Shown here one piece after another: positions 23,302-61,667 of a DNA stretch of 64,000 nucleotides. Source of the DNA: Octopus vulgaris (taxonomy: Eukaryota). The stretch spans positions 42,532,001 through 42,596,000 of the forward strand of contig OX597836.1 of the NCBI GenBank assembly GCA_951406725.2, read 5' to 3'. The notes below the pieces were generated by a model, which was not told the origin of the DNA, ran no database searches, and saw only the letters and a list, made by a program, of their open reading frames with translations. Made by a program: the position numbers and the translations under genes. How positions within the stretch are numbered: position 1 is the stretch's first letter; each line of letters starts with the position of its first letter.

Positions 23302-23459
23302 GCCGTGATTATGTCATAAAACTCAGAATGAAAAATTATCTAGAATTCATTTTTGGGTAATAATACTTTACACTCGTGTAAGGCCGTGATAAATATCGCT
23401 GTCTCCTTTTCTCTGTCTCTGTCTGTCTGTCTCTGATTGTCCGTCTGTCTGTCTTTCTG

Positions 23460-23491
<32 letters not shown>

Positions 23492-23511
23492 CTTCTCTCT
23501 CTCTCTCTCTT

Positions 23512-23542
<31 letters not shown>

Positions 23543-24704
23543 GTCACCGTTTGCACAATTGTGCAAGTATACAGATACCTCATATCTCTTATTTTTTAAC
23601 CTGTGTTGTAATTCCAGCTGAGTGTAATTTCATCCCCATTTTCAATGATAATACACACATATACTCACGCACACACACATACACAAGCACATACAACTAT
23701 GAACACCCACATGCAAGCATACATATGTTCGTAATCCACACATACATACGTACAGGCACACACACCCATACATACTTACGAGAAACAATTATGTCAGCAA
23801 CCTACATTTGCCGAAAAAAAATATGTCACCTTACCAAACAAAGCCACTCAGACAAACTGCACAATTAATAATAGTCGTATTGACAACAGAGTAAACGCTT
23901 ATCTTTAAACAACACAATAAACTGTTTTTTGAAGGGAATGTGAACGACAAGAAACTTGATCATGACTAACAAAATAATAAAAGATCCCCGCCATGAAAGT
24001 AGTGTTTCTCTGTGGAAGATGCACAGAAGTTATAAAGTCTATGGACACATGAGAGGGGAAACATGATTTTCTGAAATGCCTTGAAGGCTTTCTGGAACAG
24101 TGGTTCTCAGCCATGCTGTATATATGACTCCCGGGGAAGTTGGGACAGGCTCTATAATCTTTTTGGGGAGTCCACACAAGAAAAATAGTAAACTGGGGAA
24201 TCACAGAAGTGTTTTAAGGATCAATGAAACATATTCTGTTTCAAGTGTATATCTTGTAAGAAACGGCTAAATTTCTTTCCCTGACGTTTTACATGGTTCA
24301 AACTACACAAGTTAATGTGTGACAAACAAAATAGGAATTTTGGAAGAAGTATCTATAAAATTAGTTATTAAACATTGAGTGGCGGTTGGAGTGGGGTCCA
24401 CCAGAATAAAATAATAATTAAAGGGGTCCCTTTTACCTTTATTCTTTGTTTCTGTCATTTGATTGCGGCCATGCCGGAGCACTGGTTTGAAGGGTTTTAG
24501 GGTTTTAGTCAAACAAAACGACCCCGGGACTTATTTCTTAAGCATACTGCTTATTCTGTCAACCTCTTTTGCTAAATCACTAAGTTCTGGAGATGTAAAC
24601 ACACCAGCACCGGTTGTCAAATGGTGATGAGGGGAGGGGGCACGCACATACACACCCACACATCCACACACACCCATACATACATATATATGTGTGTGTG
24701 TGTG

Positions 24705-25406
<702 letters not shown>

Positions 25407-25421
25407 TGTATATATATATAT

Positions 25422-25454
<33 letters not shown>

Positions 25455-25455
25455 A

Positions 25456-25530
<75 letters not shown>

Positions 25531-25553
25531 ATATATATATATATATATCTTAT

Positions 25554-25688
<135 letters not shown>

Positions 25689-26369
25689 TAGATATAGATC
25701 TAGATATAGATATAAGATCCAAGGATTGAGGTTTAGGAAGAAAAGTTAGCTTCAAGTAATGCGTAGTAAATAGAAAAACAACTTTCAGGAACAGTAGTGA
25801 TTTGTTGAGACAGAAGGTTTTGGATTATTTTTGTCATCGAAGTATGATGAATTGGAAAAATTGCTTTTTATATTTCATGGTAGTCAACCAGGGTTGCCGT
25901 AATGAATGCAGCAGTACAATTTCTACCTGCAAACATCAATCACTAAAACTATTCTCACAATACAAATAACAACAGCTCCACGCAGCCTTTTTCCCCTAAC
26001 CTTCACTAATTTTCCTTCTTATTTCAATACTAAAAGAATTTTTTGTTTCAATTTATCATACTTGAATACGAAAAAATTCACAACCTTCCATCTCCCATTT
26101 TGAGACTGACTTCCCTTGGAACCATAAAAGTTTTCCGTTTTGGAACTACTTCTAGCAATTTCTTATGTTTTTTTTGAAGCGGTATTTGCGTTTTGTGTTA
26201 CACAGTAAACTCTCAGGGATAATTGCAATGTTACATCATCCACTACCTCATTTCTGGATTTCCTCAGCTTATCTGTTCGATCTTGGGTAACACAGAGAAG
26301 TAGTGATATGTTTAATTGAGAGTATCTTGCAAAATCTCTTAAATTCACTTGCAATAAATTGTTTACCGT

Positions 26370-27500
26370 TATCAGGAGATTATGGTGCCCGGAACACCAT
26401 ACTTTGCAAAAAGTTCGTGTAGTAAATGCACTGTTACTACAGTGGAGATCAGTTTTCTACATTTATACATTTCTGGCCATTTTGTAAAACTATATACTCC
26501 TATTAGATAATAAGATCCATTTAATGGTCCTGCTAAATTTATGGTGTAGCCTGGTCCATGGAAAATCAGTCTTGGGCAAAGATCGAAATTTTGAAGGTGG
26601 TGACTTTGCTGCAAGAGCACAGCCTCTGCAGGATTTTACCAGCTTCTCGATATCTAGATCTACTTTTGGCCAGTACAGATAACTACTAATAAGTGTCTTC
26701 ATCCTAGAAATTCCTGGATTTCTAGTGTGGAATTCCTTTAACATTTGATCTTGTAATGAGGCAGGCACTACGATCATCTGTGCATACATAAGCACATTAT
26801 CACATATCAAACACAAGTTCAAAACTGTATTACATCCAACAATACACATTTTTCATTTGTTTCTTCTGATCTCTCTATTTTTTCATTTTCATAATAAACT
26901 CATCCATCTCCGCCTTAATTTTTATTTCACCCAATATGATAGGTAATTCATGCACAACATTGCATAATATACCTTTTATTCCATTTTCGGCTCTTCACGC
27001 CCCTATCACAGTTTCTCCTTGTGCTTCACTATATTTCAGTATATTTCTGCATGTACCTATTTTTTAGATGGCAAATACTCCATTTTTAAGTCATGATTCC
27101 CTAAGATCATTCCCCAGCATTGCATTCTGTTGGCTGTATGTGTGGGAATACAATTTTTTACCCATAGATTGATAATAATGGGTGGTAGTCTGTCTGCAAG
27201 CAGAATTGTCTTTCAAGGATAAATTCATGGAATTTCTTTACCACAAATATGATGGCCAATTCTTCCTTCTCTATTTCACTGTAAATTTTCTCAGCCAGAA
27301 ATAAGGAATGCATGAGCTACAGCTTTCATGCTAGCATCTTCATAATTGTGTAAATTCACAGCTCCAAATACCATTTTCACTAGTGTCTGATGCCACTACC
27401 GTTTGTAAATTCGGGTCAAAATGTGATAATGAGAATTCTGACATTAAGAAATTTCTTCCAAAGCTTCTTGGTACTTGTCTGACCAGTTCCACTTAAATAC
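26370..27500 (-). mobile_element. degenerate Ty3/gypsy pol fragment (RNase H and integrase)
   Basis: FHTRNPGISRMKTLISSYLYWPKVDLDIEKLVKSCRGC (integrase HHCC region), LFAKYGVPGTIIS, and RNase H-like YSEIEKEELAIIFVVKKFH; frameshifted. Confidence 0.8.
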
Positions 27501-27739
27501 TTTTATAAGACAATACTGAGTTTTCCGGTGTTAGCAGTGCTTTTAAATCACATGTTAAAGTCATCTCTAAAGATTTCCTAAAGAAATTATAGCCAGCACT
27601 CATTTGCTTCGGATACAAAACACCATAACAAACCACTGCTGGTTACAATTTTCTCCTGAAAATCTAAAGAGATAACCTAAACAAGCTCTTATTTTTATTT
27701 CCATTCATACTAATCTGAAACTTCCAAGATATCCGGCAC

Positions 27740-27900
27740 GACCATTACTCATTTTACTCTTGATCTAACAAAATCAGTTCCTTGATTAATTAACAATCTA
27801 TCTGGGACACGAGCAATTCAACAGCAGAATCCTCTACGACTTCTTCGAACCCTCCATCATTTGCAAGTGTCCCATCACCTAAGTTTGATGTAGACTTTGT
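27740..27900 (-). mobile_element. possible Tigger/pogo transposase C-terminal remnant (paralogous copy at ~61350-61510)
   Basis: LANDGGFEEVVEDSAVELLVSQIDC*LIKELILLDQE resembles the acidic GF.EV...ELL.S...ELI tail of Tigger transposases; weak. Confidence 0.35.
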
Positions 27901-28060
27901 TCTTGTGGAAAATTTATAAAATTTTATTTTTCTAAGCATCATACATAGTTGAGGGTTCCACTTTATCCCATGATACAACAATTATCTCTTCTGTTTATCT
28001 TCACCAGAATTCCAGCTTTTGAAAATTCAGAAAGACGAAAGAAATTTCTAAATTATCAGT

Positions 28061-51095
<23,035 letters not shown>

Positions 51096-52143
51096 AGAAT
51101 GGTTTATGATTTTACATTTTTGGTATGATTGACTACATTATAGCTGTGGTCAGTTTAATAGATGAACTCAAACATATCACAGTCTGATGAAGGATAAGCA
51201 AGCCGAGACTTCGAAGCTGTTCTTGTTAAAGTATAATAAATAAAACTATTGAAAAGGTTGCAAGACGCAACGAAAATTTTAGGACAATAAAAATAAGAAA
51301 AACGTGGAAATTTTACCGGTGAAGAAAATGACTCTCCCCAGACACAATAGAATATGCTTCAACACACGAACTCATATAAAGACTCCTGCAAACCAAATCC
51401 AAAAACGAAAAATAGTAAATAAATACTCGAGAAAAAGTATTCTGTTTAAAGTAAAATTATTGTCAGATAACCAGATATTGGATAGCTGGATGGTTATCTC
51501 AAACACATGTGCTTCCGAGTCAGAGACGGAAGGCATAGAATAGATATTCGACTGTTCCTTGTGGCAGAAGGTGACAAAATGCCACATTTTGTTTGTGGTT
51601 GTTGTAAAAAGGAGAGAGCGGGAACGAAATGAAGTCACGGAAAATAATTGTGTGGAATTTACTAAAAGTTACGTCCCCTGGTCTCTAAATTCTTATGTTT
51701 GGCTATAAGAATGCGAATCTGTTGGGTAGAAATATGTGTAGGGTGTTAAGGGGTTGGTAGGCGTGTAGGGTTGATAAATGTTTTCGGAGTTCTTTGGTGG
51801 GGTTTGAATAGGGGCGCAGATGCCTGAACCTATAACACCCTGTTTGGGAACGTATTCATATGTGCATTTATATGTATATAGTGTTTTTGAAGGCACATGA
51901 CTTAGTGGCAAGGGGCCATTCGTCTCGCGGTCGTAAGGTCCTTAGTTCGATTCCCGTTGGCGCGTTGTATCCTTGAGCAAGATACTTTATTTCACGTTGC
52001 TCCAGTCCACTCACCTGGCGAAAAGGAGTAATCTTGATAGTTCAATTGTCACCTATTATATTTACAGATAAATTCCTCTATTTAGATAACATCGAGTTTT
52101 CTTTCATTCTTTTGTTGTCTTACCATTTCTATCAATATATATA

Positions 52144-52230
<87 letters not shown>

Positions 52231-53714
52231 TATGTAGCGGATAATGCGTATGCTGGAAGACGAAGATGATGTTGATTTCACGAAAGAAAGACAGTGGCCG
52301 AAGTGGTGAATAACGTATTTATTTCTCCACTACATATAATTACAGCCAAACCACGACGGGTAGACGTGTATGAAAACAGTTGGATAGCATACGAGGTAAC
52401 GAGAGATATATTTTCTAGTGAAAGGGTGGATAGCGTTCTAGCAGCCGTAACTAAATAAATCAAGTGATGTTGTCGAAATGAAAGTGAGTGGGTAAGAAAG
52501 TAAGAGAGGGGTGGACAGGACAACTGCATCGTTGGGGAATTCCATAGCTGTCCCTCTATGACGTTCTGTCGAGACGGTATTTGGAACCGTCTCTGTGTTT
52601 AGCCCCTTGTGGGTAATAAAGAAATAGGTATTTGGAACCGGTCGGCCTGCTCTTTGTCTGTTGTCTCTCCAAATGTTTGTATTTATAGTAATATACTTTT
52701 CTACTCGAAATTTTGGGGAAGGGGGCCAGTCGATTAGATCTAAAGGGGCTGAACACATAGAGGACAAACAAGGACAGACAAACAGATTAAGTCGATTATA
52801 TCGACCCCAGTGCGTAACTGGTACTTATTTAATCGACCGCGAAAGGATGAAAGGCAAAGTCGACCGCGGCGGAATTTGAACTCAGAACGTAGCGACAGAC
52901 GATATACCTATTTCTTTACTACCCACAAGGGGCTAAACACAGAGGAGACAAACAAGGACAGACAAACGGATTAGGTCGATTACATCGACCCCAGTGCGTA
53001 ACTGGTACTTATTTAATCGACCTGAAAAGGATGAAAGGCAAAGTCGACCTCGGTAGAATTTGAACTCAGAACGTAGCGGCAGACGAAATACCTATTTCTT
53101 TTCTACCCACAAGGGGCTAAACACAGAGAGGACGAACACAGACAGACAAACGGATTAAGTCGATTACATCGACCCCAGTACGTAACTGGTACTTAATTTA
53201 TCGACCCTGAAAGGATGAAAGGCAAAGTCGACCTCGGTGGAATTTAAACTCAGAACGTAACGGCAGACGAAATACCGCTCAGCATTTCACCCGCCGTGCT
53301 AACGTTTCTGCCAGCTCGCCACCTTAGTTATAGCAATATACACAATAGTTACACGGGTGTACACACCGTTGTGAACAAAGGGTGGGTGGATGTAGGTCGA
53401 CCGTTATCGTACGTGAACTTGTTACGATACTCACGGTTCACAGGTCAAGAAAGAAATACCTTATTCATGGTTCCCTTATTGACAGAACGAAAAGTGGAAT
53501 GACATGAGAGAAGTTTTAGATTCGATTTCGAATCTCAGCTAGGAAGAGAAATTCCAGTTTCTACAACACTCACTTTCCTGTGGAAGAGCTAAAAATCGAA
53601 CGATACAGTTGCTTGTGCAGTTATGACTGCATATGTGTTTCAGGAAAAATGCAGAAAATGTATATACAGTCATTTACACACGAATGAATACTTGTCAAAA
53701 ACAGGTCAGGAGAG

Positions 53715-54818
53715 TGCAGTGGTTCATGAAGGCTTGGCGTGGATTCGATCCTCGATCGCCAATTTTAATTTAACAGTTCAACAGCACTTTTCTCACAGCA
53801 AAACAATAGTTTTTCTGTGAGTGACAGCAGTTACATTTGCCAGATACCATCGCTAAGCAGAATAATGGTTTTGCCACTTGACCCTTATAATCTCTTCTGG
53901 GCCACCAAAAGCTAGAATAGAGATAAAAGGTACCACCAACGAAATCTATTGTTCTCAACAATGTGTCTATACTTCTGTCTGGTTTGGGATAGTTATAAAA
54001 ACAAGAACTCGGCAAGCCAAAGTCAGTTAGTGAGAACCGAGTCTGGCTGACCGGCTGAACAAAGGGACAACTATGGTAACTCACCAACGAAGCAGTTGTT
54101 TCGTCCCACCACTCTCCCTTTCACTAACTCACCTGCTTTTCTTTGTAACATTACCATCTCTCTCTATATATACTACTATGAAATCGTGTACACACCTACC
54201 GGCCGAAATTAACTCTTTTTACCTTTCATGCTTTTCTATTTAACCAGTTATACATACCGGAGGCGCAATGGCCCAGTGGTTAGGGCAGCGGACTCGCGGT
54301 CGTAAGATCGCGGTTTCGATTCCCAGACCGGGCATCGTGAGTGTTTATTGAGCGAAAACACCTAAAGCTTCACAAGGCTCCTGCAGGGGGTGGTGGTGAA
54401 CTCTGCTGTACTCTTTCACCACAACTTTCTCTCACTCTTTCTTCCTGTTTCTGTTGTACCTGTATTTCAAAGGGCCGGCCTTGTCACACTCTGTGTCACG
54501 CTGAATCTCCTCGAGAACTACGTTAAGGGTACACGTATCTGTGGAGTGCTCAGCCACTTGCACGTTAATTCGACGAGCAAGCTGTTCCGTTGATCGTATC
54601 AGCTGGGACCCTCCTCGTCGTAACCGACGGAGTGCTCCTACTATTATAAATACCAACCTGTCGTGGTTTTGGATATATATTAATGTAAAGGTGAATAAAT
54701 ATCTCTTTACAACTTCAATCTCTGTTCTGCTCCCAATCTTGCACACTGGCAACTAACACCTTAACAAAAACCGTTACAATTGGTGACCCCCGACTGCAAC
54801 GAAGTACTAACCGTTACA
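53715..54818 (+). mobile_element. LTR retrotransposon deletion derivative (LTR + tRNA-Trp-like PBS + 3' LTR tip) with AGAG TSD and a nested SINE
   Basis: agag|TGCAGTGG...CCGTTACA-at-TGGTGACCCCCGAC...CCGTTACA|agag; sits within a ~270-bp local tandem repeat (53450-55165). Confidence 0.65.
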
Positions 54819-55545
54819 AGAGGGAAATACCTTAATCATGGTTCCCTTATTGACAGAACCATGGGTGGAATGGCAAGAGAGAAGTTTTAGATTGGAAATT
54901 CGATTCTCAACCAGGAAGAGAAAATTCAACCAGGAAGAGAATATCAGTTCCTACAACACTCACCTTCTAGTGAGAGAGGTAAAATCGAACGATACAGGTG
55001 CTTGTGAAGTTATGACTGCATATGTGTTTCAGGATAAATGCAGAATATTTATATACAGTCATTCACAAACGAATGAATACTTGTCAAAAACAGGTCTAGA
55101 GAGAAATACCTTAATCAGGGTTCCCTTATTGAGAGAACAATAAGTGGAATGGCAAGAGAGAAGTTAGTCATCATCAGTAGATGTTTTGGGTTTAGCACAA
55201 AAAATAGGTGGGCGTCAAAAGTGTTCTGTATGTTCCCATGAAAAACTCTCTCTTAAAAAGCTTGAGTACCTCCATTGAATACATAAATTCGTGGAACAAT
55301 TCCGACATTTGGGACGCTTGACTGGTCTGTAGAAGAAATCCACTGCATAGACATTGACACCCGCAAGGTTCTGACGTCAACCAGAAATCTCCACAGAAAT
55401 TGTGATATCGACAGGTTTCTCTACCTGGGAAGAGATGAAGGAGGTAGGCGTTTGAGATCCGTGCATACAGCATTTGAAATGTCACATAGTCTGTCTGATA
55501 ACACTAAATACTAGACAGATACAGGAAAGATATATGCAGAAAAGT

Positions 55546-55830
<285 letters not shown>

Positions 55831-56429
55831 ATGTAGACAGAGAGAGAGAGTGCTCTTGGCTGTGTCTGGAGAAATATGAGATGGGAGAGTGAGAGAGAGA
55901 AAGAAAGAAAGGAAGGAAAAAAGGAAGAAAGAAAGAAAGAGAGTGAGTGACATGAAAATAAAGAGAGAGAATGGAGAAAGATATAGAGAAAAAAGGAGAA
56001 CGAATCAACAGCGTCGATAGAGTAATTAGACTGTGACAAGGAGGGGGGAATAACTCACCTCGATATTCATTCAGTGTGTAGTTTTCGTGAGGAAATGAAG
56101 GAGAAAAATCCAGTTTTTCCACATTTATATCAACCGCTGTTGTCGTTAAAAATTGGAGAAGATAAATAATGTAGGTACATTGGATTATATAGCCCTAGAT
56201 ACACAGTGTTTAAAACAAGAGGTGATGGTCACAGCTAAGACGTCTTTTTGAACCTATGGGTCTGCTTGTTCAGGATTGTAGGGTGTTTAAAGGACATCAA
56301 CGTCAGGAGCAGGTGATTATTATTTTAAATATCTTTTATTTGTTTCAGTCACTGGACCGCGAACATGTTGTACACACACACACACAAAACACCATATTCC
56401 AACCACGCTTGTTCCCCTCTGGTAGGCAA

Positions 56430-57340
56430 CATCCTCTCTCCTCCAGAGCTGGGTCTGTCAGTGGAGAGACCTTGGGTTTCCGGGTACAGTGGAGGATAGA
56501 CGGAAACAGATAGTATCGGACAATCTGCATTCAGGTGCCACTCTCAACTCTCTCCTTGATCAATCTGATCAAATGTCAAGGTGTCACCTAATTTCAGCTC
56601 ATGCAAAATTCTGGGGAACTGGATTGATGCCTGTGGCCACATTGGGGGTCTACTCAGTCTAGATCGGTGGTTCTCAACCAGGGTCCATAAAAGTTATTTT
56701 AGGGTCTACACAACAAAATAGTGAATTAGGGACCCACAATAGTATTTCAAGGGGACTTGAAAAAATTTTGCTTTAGATGTAAGTTGTTGTTGTTGTTTGT
56801 TCCTTCTCGAGCCATTCCTGGCTCCTAAGGACCGGTTTCCCGGTTTCAAGGACGTATAGGTTCTCCTCCTGGATGGGACCTTGGTCTGTCGCGGGTGAGA
56901 TGCTAGATGCAGGAGGAGAGAGTGAGAGATATTTAGTAGGCCCTTCAACACCACAGGTCTTCACAGTCTGTCTTACCACCCAAATGCTGGTTTGTTTTGC
57001 TCATCACACCGAACTAAACCTAATTATTAAGCAAACCCTGACTCAGATTAATATCTTCTCAGTCCAGGAGCCGTTGGGGTTATCCCGAAGTGGTGGAAAG
57101 AGACCAGATGGTCTTACCCTCTGTCCCTGGGTCAGAGGTAAGCCCCTCATTTGGGACACCACAGTCTGAAACTCATTTTTTCCCCACCACATCTTGGATG
57201 CTGCAGTTAATGGGAGGGTTACTGTTTCCGTAGCCGAATAGAAGAAAACCCTGAATATCGAGACCTGACAGTGAACTATCTCTTCCAACTTGTGGCATTT
57301 AAGGCGTTCGGAGGGACTGGGCCCCTAACTGAAAATTGTA
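56430..57340 (+). mobile_element. degenerate CRE-like non-LTR fragment including the restriction-like endonuclease region (interrupted)
   Basis: QEPLGLSRSGGKRPDGLTLCPWVRGKPLIWDTTV and downstream YLFQLVAFKAFGGTGP, typical of the PD-(D/E)xK RLE of CRE-type elements. Confidence 0.65.
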
Positions 57341-57381
57341 AAACTGAAACTAGTTTTCTTCATAATAGTTCTGTTCTCGCA

Positions 57382-59022
57382 GTGTTATGCTATAATCTCA
57401 GTGTTATGATATAATCTCAGTGTTATGATATAATCTCAGTGTTATGATATAATCTCAGTATTATGATATAATCTCAATGTTATGATATAATCTCATCGTT
57501 ATGATATAATCTCAGTGTTATATAATCTCAGTGTTATGATATAATCTCAGCGTTATGATATAATCTCAGCGTTATGATATAATCTCAGTGTTATGATATA
57601 ATCTCAGTGTTATGATATAATCTCAGCGTTATGATATAATCTCAGTGTTATGATATAATCTCAGTGTTATGATATAATCTCAGCGTTATGATATAATCTC
57701 AGTGTTATGATATAATCTCAGTGTTATGATATAATCTCAGTATTATGATATAATCTCAGTGTTATGATATAATCTCATCGTTATGATATAATCTCAGTGT
57801 TATGATATAATCTCAGTGTTATGATATAATCTCAGTGTTATGATATAATCTCAGTGTTATGATATAATCTCAGCGTTATGATATAATCTCAGCGTTATGA
57901 TATAATCTCAGTGTTATGATATAATCTCAGCGTTATGATATAATCTCAGTGTTATGATATAATCTCAGTGTTATGATATAATCTCAGTGTTATGATATAA
58001 TCTCAGCGTTATGATATAATCTCAGCGTTATGATATAATCTCAGCGTTATGATATAATCTCAGCGTTATGATATAATCTCAGTGTTATGATATAATCTCA
58101 GCGTTATGATATAATCTCAGTGTTATGATATAATCTCAGTATTATGATATAATCTCAGTGTTATGATATAATCTCAGTGTTATGATATAATCTCAGTGTT
58201 ATGATATAATCTCAGTGTTATGATATAATCTCAGCGTTATGATATAATCTCAGCGTTATGATATAATCTCAGCGTTATGATATAATCTCAGTGTTATGAT
58301 ATAATCTCAGCGTTATGATATAATCTCAGTGTTATGATATAATCTCAGTGTTATGATATAATCTCAGTATTATGATATAATCTCAGTGCTATGATATAAT
58401 CTCATCGTTATGATATAATCTCAGTGTTATGATATAATCTCAGTGTTATGATATAATCTCAGTGTTATGATATAATCTCAGCGTTATGATATAATCTCAG
58501 CGTTATGATATAATCTCAGCGTTATGATATAATCTCAGTGTTATGATATAATCTCAGCGTTATGATATAATCTCAGTGTTATGATATAATCTCAGTGTTA
58601 TGATATAATCTCAGTGTTATGATATAATCTCAGCGTTATGATATAATCTCAGCGTTATGATATAATCTCAGCGTTATGATATAATCTCAGCGTTATGATA
58701 TAATCTCAGTGTTATGATATAATCTCAGCGTTATGATATAATCTCAGTGTTATGATATAATCTCAGTATTATGATATAATCTCAGTGTTATGATATAATC
58801 TCATCGTTATGATATAATCTCAGTGTTATGATATAATCTCAGTGTTATGATATAATCTCAGCGTTATGATATAATCGTATTATGATATAATGTCAGCTTA
58901 TGATATAATCTCAGATTATGATATAATCTCAGTGTTATGATATAATCTCAGTGTTATGATATAATCAGTGTTATGATATAATCTCATCGTTATGATATAA
59001 TCTCAGTGTTATGATATAATCT
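57382..59022. repeat. 19-bp minisatellite (TAATCTCAGTGTTATGATA)n, ~86 copies
   Basis: Direct head-to-tail repeats with gtg/gcg/gta/tcg variants and no spacers. Confidence 0.97.
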
Positions 59023-59176
59023 GTCCCTGATTATGTCCTAACACTCAGAATGAAACATTATCTAGAATTCATTTTTGGGTAATAATACTTTACACTCGAA
59101 TAAGGATGAGATTAATATCACTGTTTCCCTCTGTCTCTGTCTCTGTCTGTCTCTGACTGTCAGTCAGTCTCTCTTA

Positions 59177-59209
<33 letters not shown>

Positions 59210-59238
59210 CTTCTCTCTCTCTCCTTCTCTCTCTTTCT

Positions 59239-59273
<35 letters not shown>

Positions 59274-59358
59274 CGTTTGTACAATTGTGCATGTATACTG
59301 ATGACTCACATCTCATTTTTTTAGAACCTGTGTGCTTCTGTCTCCAATTTCATTGATA

Positions 59359-59435
<77 letters not shown>

Positions 59436-61667
59436 CACACACAAATATGCATTTGCTCACGCAAGCACACGTACACATACATAGGTTCATACTTTCACAC
59501 ATACTTACATACACACACACCCATACATACGTACGAGAAACAATTATGTCAGCAACCTAAATTTGTCGAAAAAAAACTATGTCACTCAGACAAACTATGC
59601 CACTCAGACAAACTGCACAATTAATAATAGTCGTATTGACAACAGAGTAAACGCTTATCTTTAAACAACTCAATAAACTGTTTTTTGAAGGGAATGTGAA
59701 CGACAAGAAACTTGATCATGACTAACAAAATAATAAAAGATCCCCGCCATGAAAGTAGTGTTTCTCTGTGGAAGATGCACAGAAGTTATAAAGTCTATGG
59801 ACACACGAGAGGGGAAACATGATTTTGTGAAATGCCTTGAAAGCTTTCTGGAACAGTGGTTCTCAGCCATGCTGTATATATGACTCCCGGGGAAGTTGGG
59901 AGAGGCTCTATAAGCCTTTGTGGGGAGTCCACGCAAGAAAAATAGTAAACTGGGGAATCACAGAAGTGTTTGAAGGATCAATGAAAAATATTCTGTTTCA
60001 AGTGTATTTCTTGTAAGAAACAGCTAAATTTCTTTCCCTGACGTTTTACATGGTTCAAACTACACAAGTTAATGTGTGACAAACAAAATAGGACTTTTGG
60101 AAGAAGTATCTATAAAATTAGTTATTAAACATTGAGTGGCGGTTGGAGTGGGGTCCACCAGAATAAAATAATAATTAAAGGGATCCCTTTTTACTTTTAT
60201 TCCTTTACTTGTTTTTATCATTTGATTGCACCCATGCTGGTGCACTGACTTGAACAAAACGACCCCAGGACTTATTTCTTAAGCCTAGTTCTTATTCTGT
60301 CTGTCTCTTTGGCCGAATCACTAAGTTCAGGGGACGTAAACACACCAGCACCGGTTGTCAAGTGGTGATGGACACACACACACACACACATATATACACA
60401 AATACGATGGGCTTCTTTCTATTTCCATTTACCAAATCCACTCACAAGGCTTTGGTTGACCTAAGTCTATAATAGGAGAAACTTGCTTATAGACTAAGAA
60501 CCATGTGGTTGGGAAGCAAGCTTCTTACCGCACGGCCACACCTGTACCTCTAGATAAAAACTGGTTGAAATCCCTTACTCCAGAGGAAGTAGATCATTTC
60601 TCTTACCTACGACCCAGTTGGCAGTGGAGAAAGATGTTCTGAAAGTGTAATTTCTAGAGTAAGAATGAACTGTAGAAAATTCAGAGAGCTCTTGCCTCTG
60701 TCGGCAACTAAATGACCTTCTTTCTAAGTGAAAGGAAGACTGAATGAAGCTTATATATGAAGAGCAATATTACATGGTGGTGAGACATGAGCCCTAAAAG
60801 CTGAGAACATGTAAAGACGAACGAGAAATGAAGCCAAAGTTATATACCGGGACATGCAGAAAAGAATAGCATTAATGTTACCCTCACAATTTTTGTTGTT
60901 GACCTAAAGTTATATTCTGGCAACCAGAACAATATTAGGGGAAAATTAAAGTTAATCACAAAGTTCTGGTTGGCGTTAGGAAGGGCATCAAGCTGTAGAA
61001 ACTCTGCGAGATCAGATTGGAGCCTGCTGCAGCCATCTGTTTAGCATGGAAAGCAGATGTTAAACGATGATGATGATGATGAATATACAACAAAATATAT
61101 TAAATGCTTTTATAAGTCAATACTGTTTTCCCCTGTGTTAGCAGTGCTATTATATCACATGTTAAAGTCATCTCTAAAGATTTCCTAAAGAAATTATAGC
61201 CAGCACTCATTTGCTTCGGATACAAAACACCATAACAAACCACTGCTGGTTACAATTTTCTCCTGAAAATCTAAAGAGATAACCGTAAAAAGCTCTTATT
61301 TTTATTTCCATTCATACTAATCTGAAACTTCCAAGATATCCGGCACGACCATTACTCATTTTACTCTTGATCTAACAAAATCAGTTCCTTGATTAATTAA
61401 CAATCTATCTGGGACACGAGCAATTCAACAACAGAATCCTCTACGACTTCTTCGAACCCTCCATCATTTGCAAGTGTCCCATCACCTAAGTTTGATGTAG
61501 ACTTTGTTCTTGTGGAAAATTTATAAAATTTTATTTTTCTAAGCATCATACATAGTTGAGGGTTCCACTTTATCCCATGACACAACAATTATCTCTTCTG
61601 TTTATCTTCACCAGAATTCCAGCTTTTGAAATTTCAGAAAGACGAAAGAAATTTCTAAATTATCAGT

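Noticed and set aside
57382-59022. CRISPR-like array
   Set aside because: Contiguous 19-bp units with no unique spacers, no cas genes and a eukaryotic context; it is a minisatellite.
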